A stretch of DNA of 64,000 bases from a virus: positions 32,001-96,000 of IMG/VR virus record IMGVR_UViG_3300044799_000154, one strand, 5' to 3'. Position numbers and translations under genes: made by a program. This document shows positions 1 through 8,617 of the stretch, one piece after another (the stretch's first letter is position 1; the number at the start of each line of letters is the position of its first letter). The notes beneath the pieces were generated by a model, which saw only the letters and a program-made list of their open reading frames with translations, did no database searches and was not told where the DNA came from.

Positions 1-312
1 ATGGTTAATATGTATATTAGTTGGAGAGTATGGATGCCAACAGCAGTTAAAGGAAAGATAGTAACGCTTGAAAATATGAAAAGTATTATAAAGATTCAAT
101 TCTTTACTGACATATTAGAAAATAAACCCGTGGAATATTTCGCCACTCGTTTTGAAGAAGCTCTAGATATGATGGAAGAGCAGATGGATAAAGTTAAGTT
201 TGAATTCTACAAGAAAGGAATAGACACAAAAGTTGTAGCACCTTATCTAAGAAAATATGCTAAAGGTAAAATTATTCAAGTCCCTATTAATAGCATGAAG
301 GTCATACCATGA
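1..312 (+). CDS. hypothetical protein (possibly 5'-truncated at window edge)
   Basis: ORF overlapping the next gene by ATGA; no recognisable motif. Confidence 0.55.
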   Translation: MVNMYISWRVWMPTAVKGKIVTLENMKSIIKIQFFTDILENKPVEYFATRFEEALDMMEEQMDKVKFEFYKKGIDTKVVAPYLRKYAKGKIIQVPINSMKVIP

Positions 313-833
313 GTGAAGATATCAATCCATCTAGAAAAGAACAAAAGCAGCATATCTATGAGGCTTATATTGATGGTTCTGGAGTTTGGATGGATGAGAA
401 TGGAAAGCTACAAGAACCTCTATATGGATTCCTAATAACAAAGAAAGGATTTTTCATGGAACCAGACTCTATAATTAATAATCCTTATCCTCCTGTCATT
501 GTTCAAGCTACAAATAAAACAACAAATAATCAAGCAGAATATCTAGCTTTGAAAGAACTTATTGAGTGGTTACCTGATAGTTCTGTTGTTAAAGTGTTCT
601 CTGACTCTACTTTAGTTGTTGCTCAATTAGGAGGTCTCATCAAAGGAGTATATACGAAATGGGAATGCAGACATCCAGAATTGAAAGTACTCAAGGCTAA
701 TATTGAAGCTAGAATTATAGAGAAGCAATTGGCTATTAATCTGGAATGGGTGCCGAGAGAAAAGAACAAGTTTGGTCTAATCCTTCAGAGAATAAATGAA
801 CGAGCAGCTAACAAACGGAGAGGAAAGAAGTGA
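309..833 (+). CDS. rnhA: ribonuclease HI-like protein; N-terminal NPSRK tag
   Basis: Motifs YIDGS, TNNQAEY, VFSDSTLVV, WVPREKN typical of archaeal/bacterial RNase HI. Confidence 0.85.
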   Translation: MSEDINPSRKEQKQHIYEAYIDGSGVWMDENGKLQEPLYGFLITKKGFFMEPDSIINNPYPPVIVQATNKTTNNQAEYLALKELIEWLPDSSVVKVFSDSTLVVAQLGGLIKGVYTKWECRHPELKVLKANIEARIIEKQLAINLEWVPREKNKFGLILQRINERAANKRRGKK

Positions 834-1039
834 CAGAACCTCAGCTTCATCACCATGAGAAGAAGAAATATCCATGGAAGAAAGCTATGTTACCAATGAT
901 AGGCAGAACTTGTTCAACTGCTGGATGGTTAGGCTTACTATATTTCTTAACATGGAATGAAAATGCAATAGGAATCATTCTTGCTATTGTTCTAATTATT
1001 TTAGGAGATTTCCTAGATGTCTACTCGTACTACTCTTAA
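830..1039 (+). CDS. small membrane protein
   Basis: Two hydrophobic segments; GTGA overlap with upstream stop. Confidence 0.6.
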   Translation: MTEPQLHHHEKKKYPWKKAMLPMIGRTCSTAGWLGLLYFLTWNENAIGIILAIVLIILGDFLDVYSYYS

Positions 1040-1244
1040 ACTAGAAAACTTGAATAATCCTTCGTGCAGGTACTCATTAAAATTAAATCCTAAAACTACT
1101 AAAGCTTTAGTTCCTGATGTTATTATGAATACCATAGTTGAAGCAGCTAAGGTCTCTGCTACTATAAGAGACTTGTATGTTCAAGAAATAATATCTGTTC
1201 CTAAAAAGGAATTCAATCCATCAAGACGTGATTCAAATTGTTAA
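1017..1244 (+). CDS. hypothetical protein with two NPSxR tags (NPSCR, NPSRR)
   Basis: ORF in operon-like overlap; tags at 1056 and 1215. Confidence 0.6.
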   Translation: MSTRTTLKLENLNNPSCRYSLKLNPKTTKALVPDVIMNTIVEAAKVSATIRDLYVQEIISVPKKEFNPSRRDSNC

Positions 1245-1564
1245 ATCCATCCAAGAGAAATGAGAAAGCTAAGTTCCTAATCCATATTGGGAACGGCTTC
1301 ATAGTGGATTCATATTGCGTTAGACTTGATAAGCTAGAGCCTCCTATGTTTGGAGCAAATAGTCCTGAGGACTGGTTGATAGAGATATGCCATGATTATA
1401 TATATCAGAGAAATCCAACTGATTCTTGTTACTATAAATCTTTCATAGTTGAACTAGAAGTAAAATTAGTCACTAGAGATAAGAGATATGATAGTTCTTC
1501 AACTATAATTAAATTGAAAGAGAGAATCTTTGGAAACAGCAAATTAAAGATGTGGAAAAAATAA
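1238..1564 (+). CDS. hypothetical protein, N-terminal NPSKR tag
   Basis: TTG start, MLNPSKR. Confidence 0.6.
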   Translation: MLNPSKRNEKAKFLIHIGNGFIVDSYCVRLDKLEPPMFGANSPEDWLIEICHDYIYQRNPTDSCYYKSFIVELEVKLVTRDKRYDSSSTIIKLKERIFGNSKLKMWKK

Positions 1565-1590
1565 ACCCTTCAAAGAGAGATAAACAATGA
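1552..1590 (+). CDS. possible 12-aa micro-peptide (V/M)EKINPSKRDKQ, or -1 frame extension of 1238-1564
   Basis: GTG...ATA AAC CCT TCA AAG AGA...TGA; stop overlaps the ATG of the 1587 ORF. Confidence 0.35.
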   Translation: MEKINPSKRDKQ

Positions 1591-2267
1591 CATGGATATG
1601 TATCAGAAATATACCTCCAGATTTGTATGGAATAAATTTAGAGAAGTGGAAAAGAGAACAAACTAGAACTCTCTGGGTCAAAAGGGAAGTTCCCAATGAC
1701 CAACTTGAAGATTATGTTAAGAGAGGAGCTAGAGTTATTCAAACCAAAGACTTAACCACTATTCTAGAAGAACCTTCAACCAAATCTGATACTGCTGGAA
1801 AGATATTCAAAGATATTCTTATCAAAGACAGAGTTGATAATGAAATATATGCTGATTTATTGAAGAGCTTTGGATGGATTCCTAAACAGATTGGAAACCC
1901 CAATCTATCATACTATTCTGCATTAGATGAGCAGAAAGTTCAAGCTCATTTCATAGTTGTGGAGAAAGGAGTAAGAATAATCAAAACGGAAACGAGAATT
2001 GTTAGAGCAGGGTCACAAGAAATAGTTTACATCTTAGCTAAGAAAGAACCAATAAACGGTCTTATCTCAGTCTCCTATGTTCGTGGAGCAGAAGGGATAT
2101 ATAAATACGATTCAGCAACTCTCTGCCGTAGAGAAGAAACAAAGAAAGACATGGATGGCAATCCAGTAATTCTTGATAGGGCTAAGATTCCAGAAACTTA
2201 TAATTTGCCAAGGATACTAAATATAGATGAAGCTAGAATAAAGAAGAAAATCTTTGAGGATGATTAG
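1587..2267 (+). CDS. hypothetical protein
   Basis: 226-aa ORF abutting the next gene. Confidence 0.7.
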   Translation: MTWICIRNIPPDLYGINLEKWKREQTRTLWVKREVPNDQLEDYVKRGARVIQTKDLTTILEEPSTKSDTAGKIFKDILIKDRVDNEIYADLLKSFGWIPKQIGNPNLSYYSALDEQKVQAHFIVVEKGVRIIKTETRIVRAGSQEIVYILAKKEPINGLISVSYVRGAEGIYKYDSATLCRREETKKDMDGNPVILDRAKIPETYNLPRILNIDEARIKKKIFEDD

Positions 2268-2657
2268 ATGACCTATGCAGGATTGTCTTGGGGCAAACCT
2301 ATTTTTCAACCTTTAACCAAGCATTTGCGAATAGACCAAATAACAAAAACAGATACAGAGGCTTTCTTCAAAGCACTATCTAAAACAGGCAAAATTCAAG
2401 TAAAGATAAACTCCATAAACAAGGTAATTGCTATTCGGAAAGGATACTTACGAGAAGATATAGAGAATCCTTCTACTCGAACAGGTAAAGAGAACTTCTA
2501 TGAGATATCAGCCTCATTTCCTCTAAGTTTAGCTAAGAAAGCTGAAGTTGCTCAGTTGTTAGTTCAAGATATCCTTCTAGCTCAGACTCCTATAAAGGAG
2601 ATAGGAAGAGTAGAGAACAATAGGATGATAGTGTCATGGCGACTAAGAATAAAGTAA
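2268..2657 (+). CDS. hypothetical protein with internal NPSTR
   Basis: 129-aa ORF. Confidence 0.6.
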   Translation: MTYAGLSWGKPIFQPLTKHLRIDQITKTDTEAFFKALSKTGKIQVKINSINKVIAIRKGYLREDIENPSTRTGKENFYEISASFPLSLAKKAEVAQLLVQDILLAQTPIKEIGRVENNRMIVSWRLRIK

Positions 2658-2887
2658 ATTCATGCAGAGGATGTAAATATAAAAAAATACAAGAGCTCTG
2701 TGGGCATTGTACAGAGAATCCATCTAGAAGAAAAGATAAAATAGAAGAGAAAACACCATGGGGATTAGAGATAGACGGAAAGATAAGGATATCAGTCCAA
2801 TCTGTGACAGTGCAACTAGCAGACCTGAAGATTCTTCAAACAAAGATGCACAGGGAACTGCTAAAATCATTGAAGCGAAGATATTGA
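2636..2887 (+). CDS. Cys-rich hypothetical protein with NPSRR
   Basis: CxxC...CxxC followed by ENPSRR. Confidence 0.6.
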   Translation: MATKNKVNSCRGCKYKKIQELCGHCTENPSRRKDKIEEKTPWGLEIDGKIRISVQSVTVQLADLKILQTKMHRELLKSLKRRY

Positions 2888-3468
2888 CTGAAGAAGTAAC
2901 ATATCCTTGTCCTAAATGTGGACATTACTACAAGCCATTCATGCATGACAGAGATGGTTTTGCTCTAATGCTCTGTGAGACCTGTAATTGTCAATATAAG
3001 ACATCTACTCGTGTATCTGCTAACTTTAGGAAATTCTGTCAGAAACTTGGTTCTGCTCCTAATAGAAGTCCAACATATTATACTTCTTCAGAAGGAGTTG
3101 TTCAAAGATTCTTGGTGAGCCAAGGATTGAAAGAAGGATTGGATTTCTTCCATAATGCAAGAGTTGGTCCGTTTATCAATGATAACAATCATAAAGTCTA
3201 TTTCTGGTGTGACTTTGTTATTCCCAAATATACTCTTGTCTTAGAAGCTTCTCCCCATATTTGGCACAAAATGTGGAATAGAGAACAAGCAGACAGTCGA
3301 AAAGAGTTATGCTTAGGTAACCTAGGATGGAAAGTAGTTAATCTTGATGAAAAGGACTTACATCAATTGAACAAGATACGCAAAGAGAAGAAGTATCCTA
3401 AGACTGAAAGAGTAAAAGAGATTTATGGAATATTTGGATGTGAGAAGAAGTATGTCAAATACCTTTAA
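2884..3468 (+). CDS. Zn-ribbon + DUF559/Vsr-like PD-(D/E)XK endonuclease
   Basis: CPKC/CETC, then WCDFVI...LVLEASPHIWH...DSRKELCLGNLGWKVV; probable TTG start at 2884 (ORF track start 2758). Confidence 0.7.
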   Translation: MTEEVTYPCPKCGHYYKPFMHDRDGFALMLCETCNCQYKTSTRVSANFRKFCQKLGSAPNRSPTYYTSSEGVVQRFLVSQGLKEGLDFFHNARVGPFINDNNHKVYFWCDFVIPKYTLVLEASPHIWHKMWNREQADSRKELCLGNLGWKVVNLDEKDLHQLNKIRKEKKYPKTERVKEIYGIFGCEKKYVKYL

Positions 3469-3730
3469 CCCTTCTATGAGAAAACAACTAAGAAAGATTA
3501 TAGATAAAATAGAGATAACTTGGAGTTATCATCTTGCTCATCGGAATGCTCACCATAGAGGTAGACTTGCTAAATGTTATTCACTGCATATTATCTGCCA
3601 TTTGAAGAATTCCAAATGGAAGGATACTCATCTATATTTCTCAGACTTGGAATATAGTATGAAAGACCTCAAGAGAATGGAATATGAATTCACACAGATG
3701 AAAAAGTTCTTTGATGAGGTAGAACCATAA
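3452..3730 (+). CDS. hypothetical protein, N-terminal NPSMR tag
   Basis: MSNTFNPSMRK; ORF track start 3425. Confidence 0.6.
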   Translation: MSNTFNPSMRKQLRKIIDKIEITWSYHLAHRNAHHRGRLAKCYSLHIICHLKNSKWKDTHLYFSDLEYSMKDLKRMEYEFTQMKKFFDEVEP

Positions 3731-3927
3731 TGGCACATTATTTCAATCCTTCTGCTAGACACAACTTTCCAACTAAGCATCAAGAGAATAAGATGCTAGT
3801 AGTTTATTGTCGTTGTGGATTCATGATGAGCTATGACCTTTTCACAGATACCTTTGAATGTCAGAAATGTGGTCTACGTTGTACTCCTGAGGCTCTAACA
3901 AGCTTTATAAGGAAAAGATTTAAATAG
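3730..3927 (+). CDS. small Zn-ribbon protein, N-terminal NPSAR tag
   Basis: CRCG...CQKCG. Confidence 0.65.
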   Translation: MAHYFNPSARHNFPTKHQENKMLVVYCRCGFMMSYDLFTDTFECQKCGLRCTPEALTSFIRKRFK

Positions 3928-3940
3928 CAAGAGAAACAAT

Positions 3941-4192
3941 AGATAAGTGAGGAAAGGAACAAGGTATCCAGCAAATTTATAACTATGATTAGTAAAAGCT
4001 GTATTGAGTTATAAACTTTGGTAAATAAAGAATACCTATAAGCCATGGAAGGACAACCGCAATCCTTTCGGTATTTAGGTCTGGAGACAGATAAAGGAAC
4101 ACGCTGTCTTCTATAAATCCTGTCTGGAAATGGCTGTAAGATGGGTGGCTGGAACGACCTCATTCTTTGTTCTTCTTTCCTCAATCTTATTT
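3941..4192 (+). ncRNA. unidentified structured RNA (multi-helix, possible pseudoknot)
   Basis: The only long intergenic gap in a dense region. Terminal helices GAGGAAAG/CTTTCCTC, GAACAA/TTGTTC, TCCAGC/GCTGGA; inner TTTATAACT/AGTTATAAA, GGAAGGA/TCCTTTC, GAATACC/GGTATTT, AGCCAT/ATGGCT. Strand assumed from G-U pairs. Confidence 0.5.
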
Positions 4193-4208
4193 TTGAGTGG
4201 ATAAAAAA

Positions 4209-4610
4209 ATGAAAGAAAAAGATGTTATTTATATTTCTGGAATAATAGATGGAGAAGGTTGTATTGGTATTTTTAAGGAAAATCCGAAAAGAAAACAACC
4301 AGTTCTTAGACCTTTGATTTCTATTACAAATTCTAATCATCAACTTCTAAAATATCTTCTAAAGAGACTTCCAAGAGTGAAACCAACCTTTTATAAACGA
4401 GATATCATTTTTCATAAAAATTGGACTTTAATATTCAGAAAACAAGAAATTGTAGAATCAATCTTGAAAGACATTCTCCCATTTTTAGTTGCCAAGAAGG
4501 AACAAGCAAATTTAGTTCTAAAATTCATCAATCTGAGAAAACAAAATAATAGATATTCACAAGAAGAATGGAAACTTTACACGAAAGTAAAAAATCTCAA
4601 CAATCTTTAA
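4209..4610 (+). CDS. single-motif LAGLIDADG homing endonuclease
   Basis: YISGIIDGEGCI motif, ISITNSN, ILPFLVAKKEQA. Confidence 0.85.
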   Translation: MKEKDVIYISGIIDGEGCIGIFKENPKRKQPVLRPLISITNSNHQLLKYLLKRLPRVKPTFYKRDIIFHKNWTLIFRKQEIVESILKDILPFLVAKKEQANLVLKFINLRKQNNRYSQEEWKLYTKVKNLNNL

Positions 4611-4676
4611 ATACCTGAGTTTTGATAGTTCTATTGGTGGAGAAAATCCACTTGAATTGACTTGAGGTGAAATGAA

Positions 4677-5009
4677 ATGGAAAAGACGGAAATAGAATTG
4701 CTAGACTCAGAGAATACCTTAGTGAGAGTTTTTAGGTATCCTTCAGCAAAGATTACCAATGCTTCCTTTTGTGAAGATGGAAATGCCAACACTATTACTT
4801 TCTATTTTGATTCTTCATACATAAATGCTTTCACAAACAAAAGGGAAACCCGATGGTGTTATTATCTAGAAAGACTAAAGGATGACATCAAGAGAGCAGT
4901 ATCAGAAGGAGCAGATGTAACTCTTATAATAAGAAGATATGCTATGCGTACTTCTGGGCAGCAAGAAAAAGATATGCACGATTTTTGTGAAGATATCATT
5001 TTCAATTAA
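4677..5009 (+). CDS. hypothetical protein
   Basis: Preceded by SD GAGGTGA. Confidence 0.7.
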   Translation: MEKTEIELLDSENTLVRVFRYPSAKITNASFCEDGNANTITFYFDSSYINAFTNKRETRWCYYLERLKDDIKRAVSEGADVTLIIRRYAMRTSGQQEKDMHDFCEDIIFN

Positions 5010-5048
5010 GACTATTCCTTAAAGAATAGTCAATTCCCTTTTTCTTTC
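5010..5048 (+). terminator. stem-loop plus U-tract terminator
   Basis: GACTATTC-cttaaa-GAATAGTC followed by CCCTTTTTCTTT right after a stop codon. Confidence 0.55.
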
Positions 5049-5060
5049 AAAGCTTATATA
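5049..5060 (+). promoter_or_regulatory. archaeal TATA-box promoter candidate
   Basis: AAAG-CTTATATA about 25 nt upstream of the ATG at 5082 (leaderless-like spacing). Confidence 0.4.
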
Positions 5061-5081
5061 GCTCAGTAGAGAGTATGTCTA

Positions 5082-5417
5082 ATGAGGATGTCATTGAAAT
5101 TAGAAGACGTTCTAATCCTTATTTCTGTTAAGATAGAGGAGATTAAAGCAACTTTACCAGATAATGGTAGAAGACTAGAATATAAGTGCTTCATCCTCAC
5201 ACAAGAGCAATGGAAAGTCCTTTGTAAAGATGTAACTTTTAAGAATGAGGCAGACCATGGAAATGCTAATCTTGGTGGTATCCCTGTCAAATTTGATGCT
5301 AATTTATCTGAGATGAAGATTGAATACTTTCAAACGGAGAAGCAAAGAAAGTATTTTCGATTGAAAAGGTCAAGAAAACATGACGTATCAGAAAAGAAGA
5401 TTCAATCCCAACTATAG
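5082..5417 (+). CDS. hypothetical protein, weak resemblance to an HK97 capsid-protein segment
   Basis: FILTQEQWKVL...LGGIPVKFD pattern. Confidence 0.55.
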   Translation: MRMSLKLEDVLILISVKIEEIKATLPDNGRRLEYKCFILTQEQWKVLCKDVTFKNEADHGNANLGGIPVKFDANLSEMKIEYFQTEKQRKYFRLKRSRKHDVSEKKIQSQL

Positions 5418-5769
5418 ATTCCCTCATCAGAGAACTGATGACAAGGTGTTGAAAAGTATAGCTCTAAGACAACCTAAGTTCCATTATCTTAGGAATCTAG
5501 AGAAAGTTGGTGGACTTGATGGAATGAGTCTTGACTTTGGAGTATGTTGGATATGTTGGATACGCATAACAGGAGAAGGATTGAACAATTGGAGAAAAGA
5601 ACCATTCTCTGAAAATCGAAGTCATTCTGGTATTTGTCCATTATGTTTACAGGAGAAATGGTCTGGACGAGTATGGTATCCTAAACGATTTGTAATGTAT
5701 ACAGAAATAGGTAATCCAAGTAGAAGAGATAATATAGCACCTGAGATGAGAAGTAAATGCTTGACTTAA
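5380..5769 (+). CDS. Zn-finger protein with NPNYR and NPSRR tags
   Basis: CWIC...SHSGICPLC. Confidence 0.6.
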   Translation: MTYQKRRFNPNYRFPHQRTDDKVLKSIALRQPKFHYLRNLEKVGGLDGMSLDFGVCWICWIRITGEGLNNWRKEPFSENRSHSGICPLCLQEKWSGRVWYPKRFVMYTEIGNPSRRDNIAPEMRSKCLT

Positions 5770-6002
5770 TCTTGAATATCCTTGCTTTCCTTTTCTTGAC
5801 AATTCCATATTTCTTAGCAGCAATGGGAAAATGGAAAGGGGATTCGTACAAGTTCATTGGCTTCAATGTTATAGCTGGAATCTTAATGATTATTTACTTC
5901 ACATTTTGCTTCTTTAATCCAATACTAATTTTGCTCAATGTAATCTGGAGTGTTGGTGGAAGCATTCAAATGTTCAGAAAATGGAGAAGAAAAATAGAAT
6001 GA
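5757..6002 (+). CDS. small 3-TM membrane protein (PQ-loop/CBU_0592-like)
   Basis: Three hydrophobic helices; YFL...FNVIAG...LLNVIW pattern. Confidence 0.55.
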   Translation: MLDLILNILAFLFLTIPYFLAAMGKWKGDSYKFIGFNVIAGILMIIYFTFCFFNPILILLNVIWSVGGSIQMFRKWRRKIE

Positions 6003-6583
6003 AAAAGAATGGAAGAATTCCTCGGAAATTCTATATAGCTCATAGCATTATAGAAAGGGAACATGTAAAAGGAATCTGTCTGAAATTACAAGCAATTGGA
6101 ATTGAGACTTTCAATCCTTTCTATCTGGCAGATGGTTCATGGAGACCTGAAAGACCAGAGATAAAGAGGATTGATGAAGGTAAGCTTGACCCATATTATA
6201 TCAAGAACAAATCAAAAGCAAATGGCATAGTAGAGGCAGATTTAAGATTGATAGAGGCAGCAGATGGCATCATTGCTTTCCTTAAATCTCCAAGTGTAGG
6301 AACTTCTATGGAAATATTCTTCTGCTCATACATTCTTCATAAACCAACTTTTGTTATAACTGAGAAAGCTTTCAAACATGCATGGGTTATGGCTCTAGCA
6401 ACTGAGAGATTTAAGAACTTAGATGATTTCATGAGATGGTATAAACGAACATATCCTGTTAGCTTTCCTAAAGTGGAAGTAGATGGAGCAATAAAATTGG
6501 AGAGTATTGAAGATGGAAGAGAAAGAGACGGAAAAGAAAGAGATGGAAGAGATAAGCAGACCTCTGATACCCATAGTAATTGA
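5999..6583 (+). CDS. nucleoside 2-deoxyribosyltransferase / nucleotide N-hydrolase family protein
   Basis: FYIAHS, TFNPF, DLRLIEAADGIIA, SVGTSME motifs. Confidence 0.75.
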   Translation: MKKNGRIPRKFYIAHSIIEREHVKGICLKLQAIGIETFNPFYLADGSWRPERPEIKRIDEGKLDPYYIKNKSKANGIVEADLRLIEAADGIIAFLKSPSVGTSMEIFFCSYILHKPTFVITEKAFKHAWVMALATERFKNLDDFMRWYKRTYPVSFPKVEVDGAIKLESIEDGRERDGKERDGRDKQTSDTHSN

Positions 6584-6866
6584 AGTTAAATCCATCTTAG
6601 ATATGATGGAAGCTTGTCCAAATGGAATAATAATGCATAAGAAATTACAACATCATTTCTATTACTATTACATTTCCTTGGGAGAGACACTTGTAGTTAT
6701 AATGTTGTATAAAACAGACAAACCTTTAAGAAGATACATTGGATATCCAAAAGGAAAAATCTTAGAAGCAGATGAACCAAACTCAGATTGCTTTACACCA
6801 ATCATAGAGGTCAATTGCGACCCTATACTTGAATTAAGTGTAATGGAAGAAGATAAAAATGAATAA
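6507..6866 (+). CDS. hypothetical protein
   Basis: ORF overlapping its neighbours. Confidence 0.6.
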   Translation: MKMEEKETEKKEMEEISRPLIPIVIEVKSILDMMEACPNGIIMHKKLQHHFYYYYISLGETLVVIMLYKTDKPLRRYIGYPKGKILEADEPNSDCFTPIIEVNCDPILELSVMEEDKNE

Positions 6867-7008
6867 GAAAAATAAGATATGCCCTAAATGTGGCAAAGAT
6901 ATGCAGTATATAGAACCCTGTCATGAATGTGGTAGACCGTTCTCATACTGGATTTGCTACAATAGTAAAGAGCATGACAATAAAGAAATATACTATGAGA
7001 GGGATTGA
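6859..7008 (+). CDS. 49-aa Zn-ribbon micro-protein (not in ORF track)
   Basis: MNKKNKICPKCGKDMQYIEPCHECGRPFSYWIC...; fills the gap exactly. Confidence 0.65.
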   Translation: MNKKNKICPKCGKDMQYIEPCHECGRPFSYWICYNSKEHDNKEIYYERD

Positions 7009-7260
7009 GTGAGAAGCATTGCAATAGTAGAAGGAACTTGGGTTAAATTCCTAGAAGATCACAAAGTTATTTTAGGAAAAGTAGAAAAGAAAGATTCAAA
7101 TAAACCTTTGAGCCAAGATAACTTCTGGATTAAAACTAAAAGAGGATTTTATCAACCTAATCTTGAAGATATCATTTATGCATTTCCAAAGATTATTTTG
7201 AAAGACAAACTCAAATCTAAAATAAATCCATCTTTAAGAATCCAAAGAGGTTATCCATAA
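7009..7260 (+). CDS. hypothetical protein, C-terminal NPSLR tag
   Basis: 83-aa ORF. Confidence 0.6.
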   Translation: MRSIAIVEGTWVKFLEDHKVILGKVEKKDSNKPLSQDNFWIKTKRGFYQPNLEDIIYAFPKIILKDKLKSKINPSLRIQRGYP

Positions 7261-7526
7261 TGAATGTTTATCAAAAAGCTGTTGAGAAATGGGGTAAAGA
7301 AGCTCAACTAAATATGATAGTTGAGGAATGTGGTGAATTAATAACAGCTATAGAGCATTGGAAAAGAGGAAGAGGAAATGGCGAATTGCTCCAAGAATGG
7401 GCTGATGTAGAAATCATGCTTTCTCAACTTCCATATATCTTTCCTGAAAGTGTTGGTTATTTCAAAATTCAGAAGAAATATAAAGTTGGAAAATTAAGAA
7501 GAAAAATAAGAGGAAAAGAAGAATGA
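7260..7526 (+). CDS. MazG-like NTP pyrophosphohydrolase
   Basis: EECGELI...QEWADV (EExxE/ExxD) motifs. Confidence 0.8.
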   Translation: MNVYQKAVEKWGKEAQLNMIVEECGELITAIEHWKRGRGNGELLQEWADVEIMLSQLPYIFPESVGYFKIQKKYKVGKLRRKIRGKEE

Positions 7527-8617
7527 GAAAATATTATCACCCAGGAATATTCCTAGACACAGACAAATCTTTGATATATGAAATAGAGATTCCTGTATTG
7601 CCAGGAAAACCTTATGCAGAAGTAATGCACATTGGAGACCTCCACATTGGACACAAAGACTTTGCTCCAAGATTCTTAGCCAAATACTTAGCATTCCTGA
7701 AAGCTACTCCAGAGAGAAGAGTAGTTATGATGGGCGATTATTTCGAACATGAAGAAGGTACAAACTTTGTGCATGAGCAAGTAATGGATTTCACTACTCA
7801 AGTAAAAGAATTTGTCAAGTTCTTCACTCCTGTCAGCAAACAAATAGTCTCAATGATTTATGGAAACCATGATGAAAGATATTCAAAGCAAACTGGTTCA
7901 GGAATTGACTTGCTAGATTATCTGAGATTGAAAATAGGAAATCCAGACATCTTCATTGCTCCTCCACAAAGAGGATTGATAATAATCTTCAAAGTAAAGA
8001 ATCCAAATGGTGGATACTTTATTTATCCTGAGTATACTTTGCATTCTTCAACAGGAGCAATAGTTAATGTAGAATCTCAATTTAGGAGAACAGCAGATAA
8101 CTTCGATGTCCCCATCATAGCCCATGGTCACACTCATAAGATATTCTGGAAGGAGAATACACGATTTCTAGTTGCTGAAGATGAGAATGGAAGCTTCTCA
8201 AGAGCAGTTGTTAGACAATATTGGATTTCAACTGGATGCACTCTTAGATTTCCTTCATATGGAGAAACCAAATCAATGCCAGTTCCAGATATGGGATGTC
8301 CCATTATTCGTCTGTATGCTGATAGACATGCAGTTGAATATGTAGACCCAAGAACTACTTATGGATTAGACCAAGAACCTTTCACTGAGAGCTATGAGAA
8401 AGAATTAGGAGAAAGATTAGAAGACCCTCAAGATAAAGAGAAAGAACAAGCAAGTGAATGTGATACAGTAGATTCTCAGGAATTAGATGAAATCAAGAAT
8501 CTTAGATGTCCCGAATGCAGTGGTTATAAAATAGGTTCTAAAGGAACTGAATGGGTCTGTAAGTCTTGTGGAAAAAGATGGGTAAAGAATCCTAGAAAAG
8601 ACAAGAAGCATGAATAG
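7523..8617 (+). CDS. calcineurin-like metallophosphoesterase with C-terminal Zn ribbon
   Basis: GDLHIG, MGDY, GNHD, GHTH motifs; CPEC...CKSC. Confidence 0.85.
   Translation: MRKYYHPGIFLDTDKSLIYEIEIPVLPGKPYAEVMHIGDLHIGHKDFAPRFLAKYLAFLKATPERRVVMMGDYFEHEEGTNFVHEQVMDFTTQVKEFVKFFTPVSKQIVSMIYGNHDERYSKQTGSGIDLLDYLRLKIGNPDIFIAPPQRGLIIIFKVKNPNGGYFIYPEYTLHSSTGAIVNVESQFRRTADNFDVPIIAHGHTHKIFWKENTRFLVAEDENGSFSRAVVRQYWISTGCTLRFPSYGETKSMPVPDMGCPIIRLYADRHAVEYVDPRTTYGLDQEPFTESYEKELGERLEDPQDKEKEQASECDTVDSQELDEIKNLRCPECSGYKIGSKGTEWVCKSCGKRWVKNPRKDKKHE

Noticed and set aside
3941-4192. Assignment as tRNA, RNase P, SRP RNA or canonical group I/II intron
   Set aside because: No cloverleaf or T-loop; GAGGAAAG lacks the following UCC and a CR-V partner; no SRP helix-8 AGCA; no clear interrupted host gene
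3861-4343. 160-aa minus-strand ORF
   Set aside because: Antisense to the co-directional gene block and overlapping the LAGLIDADG gene and structured RNA; no protein motif
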